64,000 bases of DNA from Scyliorhinus canicula (GCF_902713615.1 NC_052166.1:67852406-67916405); one strand, 5' to 3'. Shown: positions 23,644 through 64,000, counted from the stretch's first letter. The notes: generated by a model from the letters alone, not told the origin. Numbers and translations: made by a program.

Positions 23644-23739
23644 CTGCAGGAGAGAGTAAGGATACCGTGCGTTCACTGCCAGAGCTGGGGCACTGCCTGG
23701 ATATGGTCACCATACCACAGGAAGGATACAGGAAGGGTA

Positions 23740-23981
23740 CAAGGATATGCCCAGCAACTACAGGCCAGTGAGTTTAACTTTGGTGGTAGGAGAGCTTCTG
23801 GAAACAATAATGTGGGACAAAATTAATAATCACTTGGGACAAGTGGGGATTACTTAAGGAAAACCAGCATGGATTGTGTCAGGAAAATTATGTTCAGCAA
23901 ACTTGATTGAGCTAATAGCAGAGAGGGTTGATGAGGGAAACCAGTTGATGTGATGTACTTGAACTTCCAGAAGACAGATGA
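23740..23981 (+). mobile_element. CR1 RT fragment running into the gap
   Basis: SNYRPVSLT...ENQHG...VDEGKPVDVMYLNFQK. Confidence 0.7.
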
Positions 23982-24481
23982 NNNNNNNNNNNNNNNNNNN
24001 NNNNNNNNNNNNNNNNNNNNNNNNNNNNNNNNNNNNNNNNNNNNNNNNNNNNNNNNNNNNNNNNNNNNNNNNNNNNNNNNNNNNNNNNNNNNNNNNNNNN
24101 NNNNNNNNNNNNNNNNNNNNNNNNNNNNNNNNNNNNNNNNNNNNNNNNNNNNNNNNNNNNNNNNNNNNNNNNNNNNNNNNNNNNNNNNNNNNNNNNNNNN
24201 NNNNNNNNNNNNNNNNNNNNNNNNNNNNNNNNNNNNNNNNNNNNNNNNNNNNNNNNNNNNNNNNNNNNNNNNNNNNNNNNNNNNNNNNNNNNNNNNNNNN
24301 NNNNNNNNNNNNNNNNNNNNNNNNNNNNNNNNNNNNNNNNNNNNNNNNNNNNNNNNNNNNNNNNNNNNNNNNNNNNNNNNNNNNNNNNNNNNNNNNNNNN
24401 NNNNNNNNNNNNNNNNNNNNNNNNNNNNNNNNNNNNNNNNNNNNNNNNNNNNNNNNNNNNNNNNNNNNNNNNNNNNNNNNN
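23982..24481. other. Assembly gap (500 N)
   Basis: N run. Confidence 1.
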
Positions 24482-24555
24482 CCCCCCAATCATCATGACT
24501 CCAGGCCATACCGACTGGACTTGGCCCGCACCGTCCCATCGTTACCATGGTAACA

Positions 24556-24850
24556 ATCATAGAATTTACAGTGCCGGAGACCATTCGGCCCATCGAGTCT
24601 GCACCAGCCCTTGGAAAGGGTCCCCTACCTAGGCCCACACCTCCACCCTATCCCCATAACCCAGTAACCCCACCCAATTTATCACAGCCAATTCACCTAA
24701 CCCGCACATCTTTGGACTGTGGGAGGAAACCGGAGCACCCGGAGGAAACCCAGGCACACACGGGGAGAACGTGCAGCCTCCGCAAAGACAGTGGCCCAAG
24801 CCGGGAATCGAACCTGGAACCCTGGAGATGTGAAGCAACAGTGCCACCAT
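24556..24850 (-). mobile_element. HE1-type V-SINE
   Basis: Same family, reverse strand. Confidence 0.85.
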
Positions 24851-25020
24851 TCCACCCACAACATTGATGCACTTTTGATTAGCAATTGTTTATTTCCTTA
24901 AAATCCTAACTTTTCTTTTGCAATTCAGTTGTTAGTTGTGCCAAACATCGTCTTTCTGAAAGGGTTGGTCAAGCCCCCCCCACACACACACACACACACG
25001 CCCACTGGGACCCCTCTCAC

Positions 25021-25132
25021 CGTCATCAGCTGCAGATTCTCCTCCACTTGCTGAACCATTGATTCTAACGCTCGTGTCTCCTTCTCCTCTTTGAGTTTCC
25101 TTTTCACCAGCGCCTCCTCCAGCCGCTTGGTC
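25021..25132 (-). CDS. ENTR1: ENTR1 exon (coiled coil), 112 nt
   Basis: cactag|G ACC AAG...ATG ACG|gtgaga; TKRLEEALVKRKLKEEKETRALESMVQQVEENLQLMT. Confidence 0.92.
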
Positions 25133-28100
25133 CTAGTGAAGTGGCCAGCGGATATCCAGTGTTACAAATGCTGAGCCGTTTCCAGTTTCTGACTCTCTTT
25201 GTGCCCCTCACGGGGAAATTAATCAAATAAATTTAGAATAGTATCGGCAATGACCACAGAATCCCTATAAGCACAGGAGGAGGCCATTCAGCCCATCGAG
25301 TCTGCACCCGGCCCTCCGAGAGAGCACGTTACCCAGGCCCACTCCGTAACCCCACCTAACCTTCGGACACGAAAGGGAAATTTAGCACGGCCAATCCACC
25401 TAACCAGAACATCTTTGGACTGTGGGAGGAAACCGGAGCACATTTCAGAATCTTGGCACCCACAGCGTTTAATGTACAGCAGTACTGAGGCTCGGTGCTC
25501 GATGGCTGCACTGCATTTCCATCCCAAGCTCCCTTGGCTGAAAGAACGGATGTCGGGCCAGGGCAGGACTGGCTCGAGCGATGGCCAATTGAAGGAGGTC
25601 TCATCGAGCTTGTTCTGAAGAGGGAAGCCAGTTCCCGAAGAACATTACAGTGTGTCAGCCATCGCTCACTTAGTGGCACTCCCATCCCTGAATCAGAAGG
25701 TTCCGGGGTGAAGACCTACTCCAGGGATTCAGGGGAGAGATCCAGGCTGAGCATGCACCATTGTGGCTGGCGGGATGGAGAACGCGACCCCATTGTCTTT
25801 GAAATGTGACACTAATCTAAAGCCCTATCTACCTCCTCGGATGGATGTAAACGTTTGCACACCACTATTCTGTATCAGAGCTGGAGGTTCCTCCTCGGTG
25901 TTCTGGTTACTGTTCATCCCTTAAATCAATAAATCTGGTGATCATCATTTTGCTGCTTGCGGAATCTTGCTGTGCGCAAATCTGTCTGCCCATTTCCTTT
26001 ATCACAGCCGTTATTACCCTTCAAAAGTACTTCACTGACTGCAGAGTGTTTGGAAAACCCGGTGGCTGCGTGAGGAATAATATAAAGCAAAGATTTTCTT
26101 TTTATCCCCCATTTACCATGGGGTAAAGGAAAGATTTTGAAATGTTATAGCACCGATTCTCATGTAATCACATACCCGTTCGATCTCCTATAATCTGAGC
26201 TCTTCGTACCTCTGTATGTGGACTTTTACTAGTTGCATTGCTTCCTTATTTTGCTTTCGGAGCTTTGCATTTTCTTCTTGGAGCTGAAAGAGGAATGAGA
26301 GTTGATACCAAACCATTCCTGTGCCCAGTATCGCTGGAGATAATCGTGGCTCCCTCTCCAACTCTCTCTCGGCCCATTTTACATCTTCCACCTTCAGCTA
26401 ATACAAAACTCAGTGGTTAAATGTCCTAACTCACACCAAGTCCTCTTCACCCTGTGCTCACTGGCTTACAATCCAGCAAAAACTCTGATATTAAATTTCT
26501 CGTCCTCGTTTTCAAATCCCTCTGGAACTCGCCCTTCCCTATTTCTGTAATCCCGTCCATTACTGCACCTCTTGGAAATATCTGCGCTCCTCCAATTCCG
26601 GCCTCTTGAGCCCCCCCCCCGCCCCCCCCCGATTCCCGTCGCTCCACCATTGGTGGCCGAGCCTTCAGCTGCCTGGGTCTCTGAAATTCCCTCCCTAAAA
26701 CTTTCCGGCTTTATCTCTCTCTCTTACTCTTTCCTCCTAATTAATTGCTTCTTAACAGGAACCCCTTGCATTTCTATAACGCCTTTAACACAGTTAAATG
26801 TCCCAAGGAGCTTCCACAAGTGTTAGAACGAGATTTATCATCAAACCAAGTTAAGAAATATTACTGTATCACAGGTGACCAAAGGTTTGGACAAAGAGAA
26901 AAGGCTAGAAACAAACCGACCTCTTCAAAAAGCCGACCTCATTGTCCAAGCTTTTGGCTCCCTAACCTAATTTCTCCTCAAGTAACTTGGTGCCAAATTT
27001 AAGACCATCAGGAGCAGGAGGGGGCCATTCAGTTCCTCAAAGAAACTGCGACACACACACACCTTTTCTAAACGCCAATGAATATCGGCACAATCTTTCC
27101 TCATCCGACAAACCCCTTCATCCTAGGAATCAGCTGAGTGAATCTTCCAATGCAAGTATCTCCCTCCTGTACAGTTCGTACTCCACCCTGTACAGTTCGA
27201 GCAAGATTCCCCCACTTTTATCATTCCCCTTAAACTAAAGGCCAATATTCCATTTGCCTTGTGATTACTTGCTGTAACTGCATATTGATTTCTTGTGATT
27301 CATGTACAAGGACACCCAGCTCCCTCTGCACTGCAGGATCCTGCAACCTCTCCCCATTTGAATAATATTCTGCTTTTCTAATCTTCTGCAACATCGTATC
27401 TTCCGTTATAATCCAGCTGCCAATTTCTTTGCCTACTCATTTAAGATATCAACATTCCTTTGTGTCTAGGGGCACAGTGGTTAGCACTGCTGCCTCACGG
27501 CGCTGAGATCCCGGGTTCAAATCCCGGCTCTGGGTCACTGTCCGTGTGGAGTTTGCACATTCTCCCCGTGTCTGCGTGGGTTTAGCCCCCACAACCCAAA
27601 GATGTGCAGGGTAGGTGGATTGGCCGTGCTAAATTGCCCCTTAATTGGGAAAAAAATAATTGGGTAATCTAAATTTATAAAAGAAAATATGCCTTTGTGT
27701 CCGCCTCACAACTTCCTTTCCTACCTATCTTCATATCCTCAGCAAAATCTGGCTGCAATACCGTCGGTCCCTTCATCCAAGTTATTAATATAGATTGCAA
27801 ATACTTGAGCCCCAGCACTGATCCACTAGTTACAGTTTGTCATCCTGAAAATTATAATAATAATCTTTATTATTGTCACAAGTAGGCTTACATTAACGCC
27901 GCAATGAAGTTACTGTGACAATCCCCTAAATTAGCCATTCATCCCAACTCTCTGATTCCTGAGTTAGCCATTCCTCGACCCATGCTGATAATATCGCCCT
28001 CAACACCACAAGCTCTTTTCCTGTGTAGGAACCTTTTATGCAGCACCTGATCAAAATCCAAATACATTCCATCTACAGGATCCCCGTTATCCACCTGCTT

Positions 28101-31100
28101 GCTACATCCTCAAAGAACTCCAATAAATTAGTCAAACTCCATTTCCCTTTCACAAACCCATGTTGACTCTGCCCAATAGTATTACGAGGTTCTAAATGTC
28201 TTGCTTCAAAATCTTGGTAATAATAATTCTCATATGTTCCCAATGACAGATGTTAGGCTAACTGGCCTCTAGTTCCCTGCTTTCAGTCAGTCTTTCTGTT
28301 ATATTTAAACTACATTTGCAGTTTATCCAATTCACGGAGACCTTTCTGGAATTTTATTTTTGAGAGTCACCCCTGAGAAGCATCGAGGGATGTCTTGCTG
28401 TTATGGGTGCTATATAAATATAAGGTTTTATTGTTATAACTGTTCTGCTGTAAAGCTATCTACCGTCTCTGGACTGATCCTTTGTTATTCTTTCTTTTGT
28501 TCCTTTATCATCCCGTTTGCCATTCAATCACTCCTCTTCCCCCACTCTCACTGACCTTTTGTTCTTTCCTTCCTTCCCCCTCTCTTTCCCTGACTGGGTA
28601 CTTGCTTCAAACCTGTCACATCTGCAACTTCTTCCAGTTCTGACAGGTCAATGGTCTGAAACGCTAACTGTTTCTCTCTGCACAGACACTACCTGACCCA
28701 CCCGCTGAGTATTTCCAGCATTTTCTGTTTTTTATTTCAGATTCCCCGCACCTGCAGTATTTTACTTTTGTTTGAACTTGCCTTTTCATTGGTCAGCAGC
28801 TGGCTTTGATAGAGGACTTCCCCCACCAGGTCGAAATGATCTTTTGGAGGGTCAGGTTCGTCGCAAGGGGCCCCGGGTTGTGAGGTCTTTTCCCCGAAGA
28901 TGTAATCCTTCTCCTCTCCTTCCTCCGGCCCTCCCTCCTCCTCCTCCTCGTCCACGAGCCACTCTGACGGTGTGAACTGGACATTGTCCTGCTGTGGGAG
29001 CTCAGCAGGGTTCAGGGTTAGCGGCAGGTACGATACACCGCGAAGCGTGTCAGAGAAGCTGAACTCGTGGGCGGCCTCAATAACGGCGGGTTGGTATGTT
29101 TCACTCCAGTCATCGTCCTCGTCTTCCAATGAAGGGCTGTGGGCCTTCAGATCTGGGAAATGACGCTCCGGAAAATGCAGGCTCAAGCTCAGTCCTTTAG
29201 GGGCAGTAGCTCCGCACTCAAAGGAAATTCCCGCAGGGTTCTGTGGGAATGAGAGATGGGGGTGTTAAAAATCAAAATGGATGGTTGGCATTGTTGATGC
29301 ATTTCACAAGACAAACAATATGGGGACAACAATTTTAATAATTACAGTACATGTTAGAATCATCGAATCTTACTACACAGGGTATCATTCAACCCATCAT
29401 GCTGGCTCTTTGAAAGATCTCTCCAATTAGTCCCACTGCACAGCTCTGGCCATCTGAATAGCAATGAGGAAGCGGCAGTAAGTGCGGGTCTTGGCAGCGA
29501 TGCTGCTATACCATCAACAACACAAAAGAACAGGGTCCCTAAAGCCTCATTCAATATCATGATTTCTTCAGTAAGAAGTCTTACAACATTCGGAGCACGG
29601 CTCCTTCTTCACCTGAAGAAGGAGCCGTGCTCCGAAAGCTCATGTTTGAAACAAACCTGTTGGACTTTAACCTGGTGTTGTAAGACTTCTTACTGTGCTC
29701 ACCCCAGTCCAACGCCGGCATCTCCACATCATGATTTCTTCAGTCACTTCACTCTGTGCTTTCTCTCCGCAGCCCTCAAATCCCTCAACACCCAAAAAAT
29801 CTATTAATCCCGATCTTTTTTTTTTAAATTTAGAGTACGCAATTCATTTTTTCCAATTAAGGGGCAATTTAGCGTAGCAAATCCACCTACCCTGCACATC
29901 CTTTGGGTTGTGGGGGCGAGACCCACGCAGACACGGGGAGAATGTGCAAACTCTACACAGACAGTCACCCAGAGATGGGATTGAACCTGGGACCTCGGCG
30001 CCATGAGGCAGCAGTGCTAACCACTGTGCCACCGTGCTGCCCTATTGATCCCTATCTTGAATGATTGAGCTTCCGCAGCCCGCTGAGATGGAGAATGCCA
30101 AAGATTCACTACCCTTTCTACACTTCTCCCTATCTCATTCGTAAATAGCAAAACCAGGGGGCGGCACGTTGGCACAGTGGTTAGCACTGCTGCCTCATCA
30201 CGGCACCGAGGACCCGGGTTCGATCCCCACCTCGCCGTCCTTGTGGAGTTTGCACATTCTCCCCGTGTCTCGCTCCCCACAACCCAATCAGATGTCATGG
30301 TAGCTGGATTGACCACGCATTGGATTTTTTTTCAAAAACGTTAAATGACAAAACCTGTAACCCAGGATAAGAAGTCCTCGCTCAGTCTCTGCATCCAGGG
30401 GCATAGGAGTTAAAGGCACTGTCTAAAGCACATTGTTACTGTAGCTGAGAGAATGTGTGTACAGCACCTTCAGCTGTTGGTGGGTCTGGTTTTTCACCAT
30501 TTTCTCCTTTACTGTTGATTGACTTTTGATCTTGACAAACTCCTTGAAGGAGAAGGGGTTGGTTTCATCAGCATCCTCTTCCTTTACACCTAGATGCAGT
30601 AAAGGAAAACCGTATGATGCAGCACAATAACTATTATAAACTTCAGCCGAATGAGCTATCTTGGTCAGGACAGTGTTGGACAATTAGTTTTATGCTCAGT
30701 TCCTGGAAGTGAGAGAGGAAAAAATATCAACCGAAGCTTCTGCTCTGGAACACATCCAGTGGCCCTTACACGCCAGAGTGCGCAATGTCCCATCCCCACT
30801 CACGAGGAACAAAGAAGCCGTATTATTTATCATAAGCTGCTACTCAGCAGGTAGCACTCTCTGCACTGTCAGAGGGTCAGTACTGAGGGAGTGCCGCACT
30901 GTTAGAGGGTCAGTACTGAGGGAGTGCCGCACTGTCAGAGGGTCAGTACTGAGGGAGTGCTGCACTGTCAGAGGGTCAGTACTGAGGGAGTGCCGCACTG
31001 TCAGAGGGTCAGTACTGAGGGAGTGCAGCACTGTCAGAGGGTCAGTACTGAGGGAGTCCCGCACTGTCAGAGGGTCAGTACTGAGGGAGTGCTGCACTGT

Positions 31101-32249
31101 CAGAGAGTCAGTACTGAGGGAGTGCCGCACTGTCAGAGGGTCAGTACTGAGGGAGTGCCGCACTGTCAGAGGGTCAGTACTGAGGGGAGTGCCGCACTGT
31201 CAGAGGGTCAGTACTGAGGGAGTGCCGCACTGTCAGAGGGTCAGTACTGAGGGAGTGCTGCACTGTTAGAGGGTCAGTACTGAGGGAGTGCTGTACTGTC
31301 AGAGGGTCAGTACTGAGGGAGTGCCGCACTGTCAGAGGGTCAGTACTGAGGGAGTGCTGCACTGTTAGAGGGTCAGTACTGAGGGAGTGCTGCACTGTGG
31401 GAGGGTCAGTACTGAGGGAGTGCCGCACTGTCAGAGGGTCAGTACTGAGGGAGTGCCGCACTGTCCGAGGGTCAGTACTGAGGGAGTGCTGCACTGTCAG
31501 AGGGTCAGTACTGAGGGAGTGCTGCACTGTCAGAGGGTCAGTATTGAGGGAGTGCCGCACTGACAGAGGGTCAGTACTGAGGGAGTGCCGCACTGTCAGA
31601 GGGTCAGTACTGAGGGGGTGCTGCACTGTCAGAGGGTCAGTACTGAGGGAGTGCCGCACTGTCAGAGGGTCAGTACTGAGGGAGTGCCGCACTGTCAGAG
31701 GGTCAGTACTGAGGGAGTGTTGCACTGTCAGAGGGTCAGTACTGAGGGAGTGCCGCACTGTCAGAGGGTCAGTACTGAGGGAGTGCTGCACTCTCAGAGG
31801 GTCAGTACTGAGGGAGTGCTGCACTGTCAGAGGGTCAGTACTGAGGGAGTGCCGCACTGTCAGAGGGTCAGTACTGAGGGAGTGCCGCACTGTCAGAGGG
31901 TCAGTACTGAGGGAGTGCCGCACTGTCAGAGGGTCAGTACTGAGGGAGTGCCGCACTGTCAGAGGGTCAGTACTGAGGGAGTGCCGCACTGTTAGAGGGT
32001 CAGTACTGAGGGAGTGCCGCACTGTCAGAGGGTCAGTACTGAGGGAGTGCCGCACTGTCAGAGGGTCAGTACTGAGGGAGTGCCGCACTGTTAGAGGGTC
32101 AGTACTGAGGGAGTGCCGCACTGTCAGAGGGTCAGTACTGAGGGAGTGCCGCACTGTCAGAGGGTCAGTACTGAGGGAGTGCCGCACTGTCAGAGGGTCA
32201 GTACTGAGGGAGTGCCGCACTGTCTGACGGACTCACGGTTGGGGTTCAT
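25021..32249 (-). CDS. ENTR1: ENTR1/SDCCAG3 (endosome-associated trafficking regulator 1), partial: 5 exons, 780 nt; 3' exons lost in the gap
   Basis: The ETNPFSFKEF motif, an acidic EDEDDDWS segment and the coiled coil LQEENAKLRK...LESMVQQVEENLQLMT match recalled ENTR1. Phases are consistent and the gene is head-to-head with PMPCA. Confidence 0.92.
25260..25441 (-). mobile_element. HE1-type SINE, 3' half
   Basis: Tail and partial V domain. Confidence 0.75.
25650..26100 (+). mobile_element. Old full-length Deu-domain SINE (SacSINE1-like); other copies or fragments at about 3515-3690(+), 58900-59315(-), 59930-60070(+) and as flanks of the 33-bp arrays
   Basis: gtgtcagcc...ctgaatcagaaggtt...ccaggctga...ggatggatgtaaa...ggaatcttgctgtgcgcaaat...cttcaaaagtacttcactgactg; family assignment is from memory. 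Confidence 0.65.
26210..26283 (-). CDS. ENTR1: ENTR1 exon, 74 nt
   Basis: ctttcag|CTC CAA GAA...CAG AG|gtacga; LQEENAKLRKQNKEAMQLVKVHIQ. Confidence 0.9.
27000..28350 (-). mobile_element. Degenerate CR1 LINE fragment
   Basis: The reverse strand shows NYRPVSLTSVI (ctgacagatgttaggctaactggcctctagttccctg on +) and RT-like segments. Confidence 0.65.
28440..28770 (+). mobile_element. Degenerate Penelope-like terminal fragment (second family)
   Basis: ttctgacaggtcaatggtctgaaacgctaac (decayed hammerhead-like core), then cctgacc...gctgagtatttccagcattttctgttttttatttcagattcc...ctgcagtatttt. Confidence 0.55.
28782..29240 (-). CDS. ENTR1: ENTR1 large exon, 459 nt (probable GC donor)
   Basis: cccacag|AAC CCT GCG...GAA AAG|gcaagt; includes SLEDEDDDWSETYQPAVIEAAH. 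An alternative in-frame GT donor would end the exon at 28752. Confidence 0.85.
29573..29727 (+). mobile_element. 155-bp Penelope-like mini-element with an inverted 5' segment and a hammerhead core
   Basis: 17-bp flanking direct repeat ATCATGATTTCTTCAGT; a 23-bp perfect inverted repeat; 3' sequence shared with 34391-34512 and 20100-20183. Confidence 0.8.
29610..29644 (+). ncRNA. Minimal type I hammerhead ribozyme motif
   Basis: CAC-CUGAAGA-A-GGAGC(CGU)GCUCC-GAAA-GCUC-AUG; stem I has one mismatch. Confidence 0.6.
30468..30589 (-). CDS. ENTR1: ENTR1 exon 2, 122 nt
   Basis: catctag|GT GTA AAG...CTG AAG|gtgctg; VKEEDADETNPFSFKEFVKIK... Confidence 0.88.
30861..32224 (+). repeat. 33-bp minisatellite (CTGTCAGAGGGTCAGTACTGAGGGAGTGCYGCA), about 41 copies, ENTR1 intron 1
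   Basis: Direct tandem repeat; gives 11-aa periodic ORFs. Confidence 0.97.
32237..32249 (-). CDS. ENTR1: ENTR1 first coding exon (13 coding nt: MNPN + C)
   Basis: ATG AAC CCC AAC C|gtgagt with a consensus donor, inside the CpG island. Phase 1 fits the phase-1 acceptor at 30589. Confidence 0.7.
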
Positions 32250-32325
32250 GCTGATCCGGTGGCCGGAGTCGGTGACCCGGAAGGGGTTCCCCGGGCGGGG
32301 ACCGGAAGTAATCCTCGGATCCAAG

Positions 32326-32333
<8 letters not shown>
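32250..32333. promoter_or_regulatory. Bidirectional CpG-island promoter shared by ENTR1 and PMPCA
   Basis: The divergent ATGs at 32249(-) and 32326(+) flank ETS/GABP-type CCGGAAG (32277-32283, 32302-32309), a GC box GGGCGGGG (32293-32300) and the YY1/TISU motif CAAGATGGCGGC (32322-32333). Confidence 0.85.
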
Positions 32334-62125
<29,792 letters not shown>

Positions 62126-62677
62126 GCAGTGCTCGCTCCCCTTCCCTGACTGAGAACAGAAACGCTACACGTCCAGTTCCTGGTGTTTTGTAGCTGTTTG
62201 TGAGCTGCTTGTTTAGTGGAGATGTAATTGTGTGTAAATAGACCGGGTAGAGGAGGGATGGGGTGTGGGACTGACACGGTCTGATTTACTTCATATAAAC
62301 GTGGAGGGATGAAACTTCTTAGAAATGATTGGATGTGTTTACTTTGCGATGCTGCTACAGTTCACCTGCTCCTGGACTGTGATCGTTCTGGGTCAGTGCA
62401 CAAATCTGTAATGTCTGGTTATATAAATTTTAGTTGTACTAATGCCTCGCTTTTAGTCTTTGTCACCTGACAGGAGTGCGCCCGGCCTGGTCTGGATTCT
62501 CCTCAGAATTAAACGTGAGATGTTTTTGCAGTTTGCAAAGGCAGACATTCTTGCCTTGTAGAGACTGAGTGTTGTAACTGAGATCAGACACGTCAAGTGG
62601 GCTGCATAGGTTACTGCCGACCAACATCCAGAGGTCTTAAAAATTATTTATTTCTCATAAAAAGTCAGTGAAATCAA

Positions 62678-62683
62678 AATAAA
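62678..62683 (+). terminator. Candidate PMPCA polyadenylation signal AATAAA (further candidates at 63192 and 63200)
   Basis: AATAAA about 550 nt after the stop, followed by GT/T-rich sequence (gagtttgtatgtt). Confidence 0.5.
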
Positions 62684-63599
62684 AAATCAGCATTGTATAT
62701 AAATCATGAGTTTGTATGTTACACAAATCCCAGTACGAGTCCTTCCTATGAAGAGAGTTCAGTGTGAATTATAATCCAAACCCTGTGGGAAACCTGACCA
62801 ATCCTGTCGGGGGGCGGGGGTGATAATTCAGACCACCCGGCTAGATTTGGCTGTTGGATACGACACTGACTGTTACACACCAATCGAATGAAGCCTCTCC
62901 CTTCGCGCACCAACTGTGAGGTGAAGTCACATCAACGGGGGGGCCAAATTCCCCATCCAGGACAGGTGATTGGTCGGGTGGAGCTCGGCAGTTGCAAAAT
63001 CAATGAGCCAACACTAGTGAATGACAGGATCACGGGGGAATGGGGAAGATGCGTGTCCTTGGGCTTTGCCCCGAGACACAAACAGGTCTCCCCGTACCCG
63101 ATGGTTTGATGTGGCCAGAGTTCACAGTCCGTTCGGTATCAAATTACCCACTTAGTCACAGTCGCAATATCATTTAACATTTCTACTTACAAATAAAAAA
63201 ATAAAGTTGGTGAAATCTCTGGCATTTGAGATCTGTGTGCAATAATTAATTTGGCCCCAATTTTCTGAAGTGTTAATGAATACTGTCAGTTAAGTACCAG
63301 ATTTCATAGGAAAGCCAATTTTCATACAATCATTCCTGGAGCCTCAACAATTTGCCCAGCTCACCACCCCAGAGCTGACGGCTTCTAATGCCAGTGAGAA
63401 CACACAGGGGACTAACAGGGTACTGGCATTACCGTCTCTGAATCAGCAGAGGTTCTGCTGCTGCTATGATCTGGTGACAGTGGCTGGCTGGCAACTGTGT
63501 GTGAATGTTGGGCGAGCCCAGGATCTGACTGAGATGCCCCACAGAGTTCAATGTCCTGCTCACACTCCTCGTCAAGGCTCACATTTGAAGAATGGTTAT

Positions 63600-64000
63600 G
63601 TGGGACCCGTACCCCAGTGAGAGTCAGTGTGTGTGGGACCCGTACCCCAGTGAGAGTCAGTGTGTGTGGGACCCGTACCCCAGTGAGAGTCAGTGTGTGT
63701 GGGACCCGTACCCCAGTGAGAGTCAGTGTGTGGGACCCGTACCCCAGTGAGAGTCAGTGTGTGTGGGACCCGTACCCCAGTGAGAGTCAGTGTGTGTGGG
63801 TCCCGTACCCCAGTGAGAGTCAGTGTGTGTGGGACCCGTACCCCAGTGAGAGTCAGTGTGTGTGGGACCCGTACCCCAGTGAGAGTCAGTGTGTGTGGGA
63901 CCCGTACCCCAGTGAGAGTCAGTGTGTGTGGGACCCGTACCCCAGTGAGAGTCAGTGTGTGGGACCCGTACCCCAGTGAGAGTCAGTGTGTGTGGGACCC
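63600..64000 (+). repeat. 31-33-bp minisatellite (GTGGGACCCGTACCCCAGTGAGAGTCAGTGTGT), running off the window end
   Basis: Direct tandem repeat. Confidence 0.96.

Noticed and set aside
30709-32227. Long periodic ORFs (RECRTVRGSVL / HSLSTDPLTVR / STEGVPHCQRV), also at 46036-47503, 49231-50358 and 51856-53378
   Set aside because: They result from a 33-bp (11-codon) unit that lacks stops in several frames. They are intronic, with no splice or homology support.
62700-63600. Possible INPP5E last exon or 3'UTR on the minus strand
   Set aside because: Expected from synteny, but I found no recognisable INPP5E coding sequence in the window.

Overview
Vertebrate genomic DNA from a cartilaginous fish, probably a catshark-type shark (inferred from HE1/V-SINEs, Deu-domain SINEs and CR1/HER1 LINEs). 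It holds the gene block SNAPC4(-) / ENTR1-SDCCAG3(-) / PMPCA(+), in the same order as I recall for human 9q34.3. I traced 9 internal SNAPC4 exons, 5 ENTR1 exons and a complete 14-exon PMPCA (1551-nt CDS, 516 aa) by splice sites and reading phase. The SNAPC4 5' end and ENTR1 3' end fall in a 500-N gap. Introns are filled with nested CR1 LINEs, L1, Rex1/Babar and RTE remnants, at least five SINE families, a hAT MITE, Penelope-type mini-elements carrying hammerhead ribozyme cores, and many minisatellites. The most notable observations are: (1) a 33-bp minisatellite that has expanded from the same internal segment of old, diverged DeuSINE copies yet is near-identical between loci; (2) inverted 69-bp arrays bracketing three PMPCA exons that could form a stop-free 273-nt circle; (3) an extra PMPCA intron splitting the recalled 264-nt human exon 7; (4) an intact-looking minimal hammerhead in sense orientation in PMPCA intron 2; (5) a 76-bp ATG-to-ATG bidirectional promoter with an exact TISU/YY1 motif. 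Homology calls are from memory, not database searches. Repeat boundaries are approximate unless a target-site duplication (TSD) is given.
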